Positions 17,093 to 22,093 of a stretch of 22,093 bases of DNA are shown piece after piece. The stretch covers positions 1-22,093 of the forward strand of contig JBGGMJ010000113.1 in NCBI GenBank assembly GCA_041288095.1. The letters run 5' to 3'. Made by a program: the position numbers and the translations under genes. A model generated the notes under the pieces. The model did not search any database, was not told where the DNA came from, and worked only from the letters and a program-made list of their open reading frames with translations. Numbering within the stretch: the stretch's first letter is position 1; each line of letters begins with the position of its first letter. The stretch comes from Myxococcota bacterium (GTDB taxonomy: Bacteria > Myxococcota > XYA12-FULL-58-9 > JALHOP01).

Positions 17093-17440
17093 TCACAGCC
17101 TGGTCGCGCGCGCCCCGGCCACACCGACGTTGAGCACACCGAGCACGAAACAAGGCGCGGCTTCGGTCAGGTCGACGAGGGCGCCGAGCAGCAGCGCGGA
17201 GACGACCGAGGAGCCCGTTTCCACCGCCCGCGTGGAATAGACGATCATTGCGTCCGGCAAGATGGCGCGCAGGAGGTGACTGAACCCCACGACCGCCTGG
17301 TCGCTCGGCGACCCACGAAGGCCCGCCAAGGGCGCCGCAAGCCGGGCGTAATCCCTGTTCTTGGCCAGGTCGTCGGCGAAGGTGCCCTCGAGCGGGACAG
17401 CCGGTGGCTGCGGGATGTCGCGACGCTTGATTACGAACAT
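17093..17440 (-). CDS. Small hydrophobic hypothetical protein B (115 aa), paralog of protein A
   Basis: MFVIKRRDIPQPP...SHLLRAILPDAMI...LGALVDLTEAAPCFVLGVLNVGVAGARA; GAGGT RBS 5 nt before ATG 17440. Confidence 0.65.
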   Translation of the reverse strand: MFVIKRRDIPQPPAVPLEGTFADDLAKNRDYARLAAPLAGLRGSPSDQAVVGFSHLLRAILPDAMIVYSTRAVETGSSVVSALLLGALVDLTEAAPCFVLGVLNVGVAGARATRL

Positions 17441-17465
17441 GAACGACCTCGACCGCCTCGTTGGC

Positions 17466-17473
17466 TTATCGGC
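17466..17473 (-). promoter_or_regulatory. Sigma28/FliA-like -10 element upstream of protein B
   Basis: Exact GCCGATAA, 25 nt before ATG 17440; no canonical TAAA -35. Confidence 0.45.
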
Positions 17474-17609
17474 CGCCTCGCGCCCTCCGGTGTCCCGCAC
17501 CCTGCTGTCCTGGCGGCACCGCCGCTGCACCGATCCACAAACCTTCGTGGAAGCGACCCGGTCTGCGTGCTAACGTCGCCATCTCAGAACAGCTCCAGGG
17601 AGACCGGCA

Positions 17610-18014
17610 ATGGCAGTCTTGAAGCGCGACGAGGCGTACAACCCCGACCTCAACATCAACGACGTGCACACCATCCTCGGCCCCGAGAGCAGCTTCGAGG
17701 GCAAGCTGGTGTTCGACGGCACCGTCCGCATCGACGGCCGGTTCAAGGGTGAGATCCAGACCAACAACGTGCTGGTCGTCGGCCAGGGCGCCCATGTCGA
17801 AGCGACCATCGCGGTAGGCAGCGTCATCATCAACGGTGACGTCGTTGGCGACGTGACCGCCAAGCAATCCGTCGAGATCCACGCTCCCGGTCGCCTGCGC
17901 GGCAACGTGTCGACGCCGCAGATCATGATCGCCAAGGGCGTCATGTTCGACGGCACCTGCCGCATGCAGGACAAGACCGGCGCCCCGGTTACTTTGGTCA
18001 AAGAAGAAAAGTAA
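17610..18014 (+). CDS. Bactofilin (polymer-forming cytoskeletal protein)
   Basis: TILGPESSFEGKLVFDGTVRIDGRFKGEI...VIINGDVVGDV...GRLRGNV...IAKGVMFDGTCRM beta-helix pattern; GGGAG RBS. Confidence 0.95.
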   Translation: MAVLKRDEAYNPDLNINDVHTILGPESSFEGKLVFDGTVRIDGRFKGEIQTNNVLVVGQGAHVEATIAVGSVIINGDVVGDVTAKQSVEIHAPGRLRGNVSTPQIMIAKGVMFDGTCRMQDKTGAPVTLVKEEK

Positions 18015-18075
18015 TCCCACGGCCGCGAAACGCAGCGCCCAATGGCGGTAGCGAAGCGTTAGCGGAGCTAGCGCC

Positions 18076-18864
18076 ATGAGCGATCCCAAAGCTGCTTTCG
18101 CAAGACATGTCGCCCGCATCGTCGCGGCCGGGCTCATCCCCGAGCGAGCGCGCCGGCTCGATGTGCTCGACTTGTCTTGCGGCCGCGGCGACGTGCTCCT
18201 TGAGGTCGCGGGTCGGCTCCCCTCCGGCTCGCGAGTCGTCGGTGTCTGCGACGATCGCGCCCAGCTCGATGCCCTGCACGCGCGACTCGCGATCATCCAC
18301 GGGCACCACGCGATCTTTCCGCGGCACGAGCTCCCCGATCGCTTGCCGTTCGCCGACGGCGTCTTCGATCGCGTCTGGGCGGGTCTCGCGAGCACGAGCC
18401 TGGAGCCACTGCGGCCGGTGCTCCGTCAGGCCCTGCGCGTGTTACGTCCGGGCGGTCAGCTCATCATCGTGGCGCTGTTGCGCGACACGCTGATGGACCT
18501 CATGCGCATCGCCGGCCAGTTCATGAACAATCACGAGGATTCGTTACGCATGCGCCCGCTGGCGCTCGACCACGCGCGGGCCCTCGATCGTGCCGCCTGG
18601 GAGGACGCCGTCCGCAAGAGCGGAGCGATCGACGTCGAGACCTCCACCCATCACTTCGAGCTCGAGGTCGGCACGCCCATCTCGGACGACCCGGTTTTGC
18701 TCGAGAGCATCGTGCCGGTCTGGCTCGGCGCCGACGCCAAGACGAATGCCGAGACCTTGAGCTACCTGAACGGCTTCATGAAGGCGGCCTTCATCCTGCC
18801 CATCAGCATGATCCGAGTCGTTTGCAAGCGCGGCGACGCGCCGCCTCGCGCCGCGATCGGCTGA
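18076..18864 (+). CDS. Class I SAM-dependent methyltransferase-like protein
   Basis: VLDLSCGRG (motif I), LPFADGVFDRV, RVLRPGGQL. Confidence 0.85.
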   Translation: MSDPKAAFARHVARIVAAGLIPERARRLDVLDLSCGRGDVLLEVAGRLPSGSRVVGVCDDRAQLDALHARLAIIHGHHAIFPRHELPDRLPFADGVFDRVWAGLASTSLEPLRPVLRQALRVLRPGGQLIIVALLRDTLMDLMRIAGQFMNNHEDSLRMRPLALDHARALDRAAWEDAVRKSGAIDVETSTHHFELEVGTPISDDPVLLESIVPVWLGADAKTNAETLSYLNGFMKAAFILPISMIRVVCKRGDAPPRAAIG

Positions 18865-18866
18865 GG

Positions 18867-19706
18867 TCAAGCCGTGGCGACGGCCGTACTGCCCGAGCGT
18901 TGCCGGCGCAGGTAGACGTAGACCGCGATAGCGGCACCGGCGACGGCAATCGAAATGTACTGCGAGGTCGACAGCAGGCCGTAGACACCGCGCTCTTTGT
19001 CGCCGCGGAAGAGCTCGATGATGATGCGGCCGAGCGGATAGATCGACAGCCACGTGAGGAAGAGCTGGCCGTGGAAGCGCTTGTACGGCCGGATCATGAG
19101 CAGCAGCCAGAAGAGCGCCAGCTCGAAGCCCGCCTCGTAGAGCTGGGTCGGGTGGACCGGCAGCGCCGACTCACCAAGCTCGACCAGCCCTTGCGACTGT
19201 TGCTGCTGGTGCGCCATCGAGGCGACCGGGAAGATGATGCCCCACGGCATCTCGGTGGGCTTGCCGAAGCAACAGCCCGCCGCGAGACAGCCGAGGCGAC
19301 CGAAGGCGTGCGCCATCGCGACGTACGGGATCATCACGTCGACGAGCTTGAAGTAGTCGAGCCGGTAACGTCGCGCGTAATAGACGAGATACACCGCCGC
19401 GCCGATGAAGCCGCCGTAGAAGACGAGGCCGCCGCGCCAGAACATGACAATCTCGAGCGGGTTCGCGATGTACTGATCGAGCTTGGTGAAGATGAAGACG
19501 ATGCGCGAGCCGATGAGGCCCGCGAGGAGCAGGTAGAACGCGAGGTCGATGAGACGATCCGGGTCTTCGCCCTCGCGACCGGCCTGACGCGCCGCGAGCT
19601 GCATGGCCAAGAGGAAGCCGGCGGCGATGAGCAGGCCGTAGACGTGCAGCGACCACGGTTCCTTGAACAGCCCGAAGAAGGTCGTCGAGAAGAGGACCGG
19701 ATGCAT
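18867..19706 (-). CDS. lgt: Prolipoprotein diacylglyceryl transferase
   Basis: MHPVLF, YGLLIA, GSRIVF, GGLVFYGG, FGRLGCLAAGCCFG, HPTQLYEA, RIIIELFRGD, STSQYIS. Confidence 0.96.
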   Translation of the reverse strand: MHPVLFSTTFFGLFKEPWSLHVYGLLIAAGFLLAMQLAARQAGREGEDPDRLIDLAFYLLLAGLIGSRIVFIFTKLDQYIANPLEIVMFWRGGLVFYGGFIGAAVYLVYYARRYRLDYFKLVDVMIPYVAMAHAFGRLGCLAAGCCFGKPTEMPWGIIFPVASMAHQQQQSQGLVELGESALPVHPTQLYEAGFELALFWLLLMIRPYKRFHGQLFLTWLSIYPLGRIIIELFRGDKERGVYGLLSTSQYISIAVAGAAIAVYVYLRRQRSGSTAVATA

Positions 19707-19716
19707 GTGCTCGCCC

Positions 19717-20343
19717 CTAGCGGCTCGGCGCCCGCGACTCCGCGGCGACTTTCGTCCGCTCGCGCGGCTTGTGGAACAACATATCGGCGGCCATGATCAC
19801 CACACCGACCGTTATCGCGGAATCGGCGACATTGAAGGTCGGCCAGGTGAAGCGGCTGAACCAGTGCCAGTCGATGAAGTCGATCACGTATCCAAGCCGC
19901 ACGCGGTCGAAGAAATTCCCGAGCGCGCCGCCGAAGACCAGCGCCAAGGCGAGCCGCAAACCGCGCTGCTGACCCTCGGTGCGCCGGAAGTAGACGACGA
20001 TGAAGATCATCGCCGCCACCGACACGAGCAAGAAGAACGGCGTGCGGAACCACTCGGGCGCGTCGCGCAGGAAGCTCCAGGCGGCGCCGGGATTCTCGGC
20101 GTAGACGAAGCTCCAGAAGCTCTCGGAGACGATGGTGCGGCCTTCGCGCACCGGATGATGCGTCGTCAAAAACAAACGCACTTGCTCGCCGAAGCCCGGC
20201 TCACCGGCCATGGCGTTCGTCAGGTGTTTCACCACCAGGAACTTGGTGATCTGGTCGAGGACCAAAATGGTGACGGCAATCGCGACCGCGATGCGGGCAC
20301 GCGTCGACAAGTAAAACGGGCGCGGGTGACTGTGGCGGTCCAT
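19717..20343 (-). CDS. lspA: Lipoprotein signal peptidase II (208 aa)
   Basis: LDQITK, NPGAAWSF, GGALGNFFDR, VIDFI, WPTFNVADSAI; start at ATG 20343, with TTGCTA-N18-TATAGC upstream. Confidence 0.96.
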   Translation of the reverse strand: MDRHSHPRPFYLSTRARIAVAIAVTILVLDQITKFLVVKHLTNAMAGEPGFGEQVRLFLTTHHPVREGRTIVSESFWSFVYAENPGAAWSFLRDAPEWFRTPFFLLVSVAAMIFIVVYFRRTEGQQRGLRLALALVFGGALGNFFDRVRLGYVIDFIDWHWFSRFTWPTFNVADSAITVGVVIMAADMLFHKPRERTKVAAESRAPSR

Positions 20344-20389
20344 CGAAGGTCCAGCGCTATACCCGCGCGACGGCCCTCCTAGCAACCGG

Positions 20390-21952
20390 TCAGCGGGGGG
20401 TGGGTCGCCGCTCCTGCTTTAAAGCGCGCTTGGCGGCGATACGAGCCCGGCGGGCCTCCAGGCGCTTGCGCAGGCCGTCGATGCGCACTTTGCGCGCGGC
20501 GAATCCTCGGCCAAAACGCCGGCGGGGTTGATGCGCCTCGACCGACACATCGATGGCCTGGGCCGTGCTCGCGAGCAGCCGTGGCACCGCGTCACGTCCG
20601 ACCCAACGCTTGAGCTCGGCCGCCTGCGCCGTGATCTCGACGAAGGTCATCCCCGCCCCGTGCTCGCCCCGAAGGACCTCGCGCGTCACCCACGAGCCGC
20701 TGTTCAAGTAGTAGGCGCTCTCACCGACACGATGCAGCTCGGCGAAATGCGAATGGCCGAAGGTGACGTAGCGCGCCTGCGTGACCTCGGCGAGGCGGCG
20801 AGCCGCCCGGCGCAAGACGCCGGCGATGTCGAAACGCCGATCGCGATGGCCGCGCTGCACCATGCCGATGCAGGCCGAGAGCACGAGCACCGCGAAGATG
20901 AGGCCCGCTGGACCGCCGATCACGAGGGACGTCAGCGTGCCGGCGATGGCGACCCCGGTCGCTAGCACCACGTCGAGCCAGAAGACGCGGATCATCTTGA
21001 TGACCGAATATTCGGCCGGCATCGCCTTCAAGCCGTCCATCCGCGTCAGGGTGCCGACATCATAGGGTGAGTTGGCCGCTAAAGCGTGCAGCTCGCGGCG
21101 ATGCTCGTCCCACAAGCCCAGGAGCTCGTGGCGGCGCTTCTTGCCGGCTTGGCGCAAGAGCTCGAGCATCGCCACCAAGTAGACCTTGAAGAGCACCCAG
21201 GCCTTGCGCGGGCCGAGCGACGCCATGAAGCGCAGCGCCGAGCGGCCGTCGAACTCCTCGACCGGTTGCGCGGCGTACGAGCGCAACAGCTCCGTGAAAT
21301 ACGGAATCGCCCGGTGAGCGAGCGGCATCGCCACTTCGCGGCGCGACACGTCGTCGTAGGGCGCGAGATTGTACTCGAACGAGCAGAACTCGTCGTACTG
21401 ATGACCGTGCTCGATGTGGAAAGCCGCGCCGGCGACGGTGCCCGCTTCGAACCAGGTGCGAAAGCTCATGCGCTCGGCCACCAGCTCGGCGGCGATCGGC
21501 GCTTGTTGCAGAGTCTCTTGGTGGCGATGCGCGAGCTTCATCACCGCATGGCGCAGGTCGCCGCGCACCTCGCGCCAATACACCTCGGCGTCGTGATTCC
21601 CCTCGATGATGGTGATGCGGTGCCCCTCGAGGAGAAACACCGCCAGCTCGTGAAAAAGCGGCTCATGCACTTTGACGATGCGGGCCAAGCGTTCGCGAAT
21701 GGCCGACGCCTGCTCGGCCGCCACCGATGTCGCATCACCGAGCCGCGCGAGCTTCACGAAGTCGAACATGTCGCCGTTGATGACCAGGTGCCACGCACCC
21801 TCGGGCGGCTGACGCTCGCGGTGAGAGGCGATGAAATCGGCGAGCTCTCGGTTGAGCGCGTGGACGTAGTCGGCGAGGCCCGGCGCATCCTCGTTGTAGA
21901 GGATCTCCCCCAGGTGAATATCGCTGATCACCAGGACCCGCGCGCCGGCCAT
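20390..21952 (-). CDS. Calcineurin-like metallophosphoesterase (LpxH-like motifs) with an inserted membrane hairpin
   Basis: VISDIHLG, INGDMFD, IEGNHD, HGHQYD, FGHSH, YLNSGSW; a hydrophobic stretch precedes the last two motifs. Confidence 0.9.
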   Translation of the reverse strand: MAGARVLVISDIHLGEILYNEDAPGLADYVHALNRELADFIASHRERQPPEGAWHLVINGDMFDFVKLARLGDATSVAAEQASAIRERLARIVKVHEPLFHELAVFLLEGHRITIIEGNHDAEVYWREVRGDLRHAVMKLAHRHQETLQQAPIAAELVAERMSFRTWFEAGTVAGAAFHIEHGHQYDEFCSFEYNLAPYDDVSRREVAMPLAHRAIPYFTELLRSYAAQPVEEFDGRSALRFMASLGPRKAWVLFKVYLVAMLELLRQAGKKRRHELLGLWDEHRRELHALAANSPYDVGTLTRMDGLKAMPAEYSVIKMIRVFWLDVVLATGVAIAGTLTSLVIGGPAGLIFAVLVLSACIGMVQRGHRDRRFDIAGVLRRAARRLAEVTQARYVTFGHSHFAELHRVGESAYYLNSGSWVTREVLRGEHGAGMTFVEITAQAAELKRWVGRDAVPRLLASTAQAIDVSVEAHQPRRRFGRGFAARKVRIDGLRKRLEARRARIAAKRALKQERRPTPR

Positions 21953-22034
21953 ACCTTCACCTCTACCAGGTGAAAGGTAAGCCTACGACTCGAACTTCGC
22001 TGCCCGAACGGCAGACCGCGAAGAGCCGGTTAAG

Positions 22035-22093
22035 CCTCGGCGTCGTGATTCCCCTCGATGATGGTGATGCGGTGCCCCTCGAGGAGAAACACC
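22035..22093 (+). repeat. Exact 59-bp direct repeat of 21583-21641 at the window end
   Basis: CCTCGGCGTCGTGATTCCCC...GGAGAAACACC is identical at both positions. Confidence 0.95.

Noticed and set aside
21583..22093. Diversity-generating retroelement TR/VR pair
   Set aside because: The copies are identical (no adenine-specific differences), target a catalytic motif, and no reverse transcriptase is in view.

Overview
GC-rich bacterial chromosomal window, probably Myxococcota or a related deltaproteobacterium (inferred from gene content and style). It carries the chromosome-partition region: mnmE-mnmG, rsmG and parA-parB on the minus strand, with two palindromic parS sites at 9863-9878 and 9911-9926. 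Housekeeping genes flank it: lpdA, ribF, aroE, a CBS protein and a GT4 glycosyltransferase on the left; a membrane class III adenylate cyclase, bactofilin, methyltransferase, lgt, lspA and a metallophosphoesterase on the right. Unexplained structure: (1) the two parS sites bracket a sigma70-like rsmG promoter, with one covering the rsmG start codon; (2) a 16-bp motif YGATCRTTTTTGATCG occurs three times upstream of parA; (3) a heptamer tandem array lies between parA and parB; (4) a six-hairpin glycosidase and a membrane protein interrupt mnmG-rsmG; (5) two tandem paralogous small hydrophobic orphans, and the glycosidase, share a sigma28-like RCCGATAM element; (6) a >=590-codon orphan ORF missed by the ORF track runs off the left edge; (7) the last 59 bp exactly duplicate an internal segment, probably an assembly artefact. 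No rRNA, tRNA, CRISPR array or transposase was seen.
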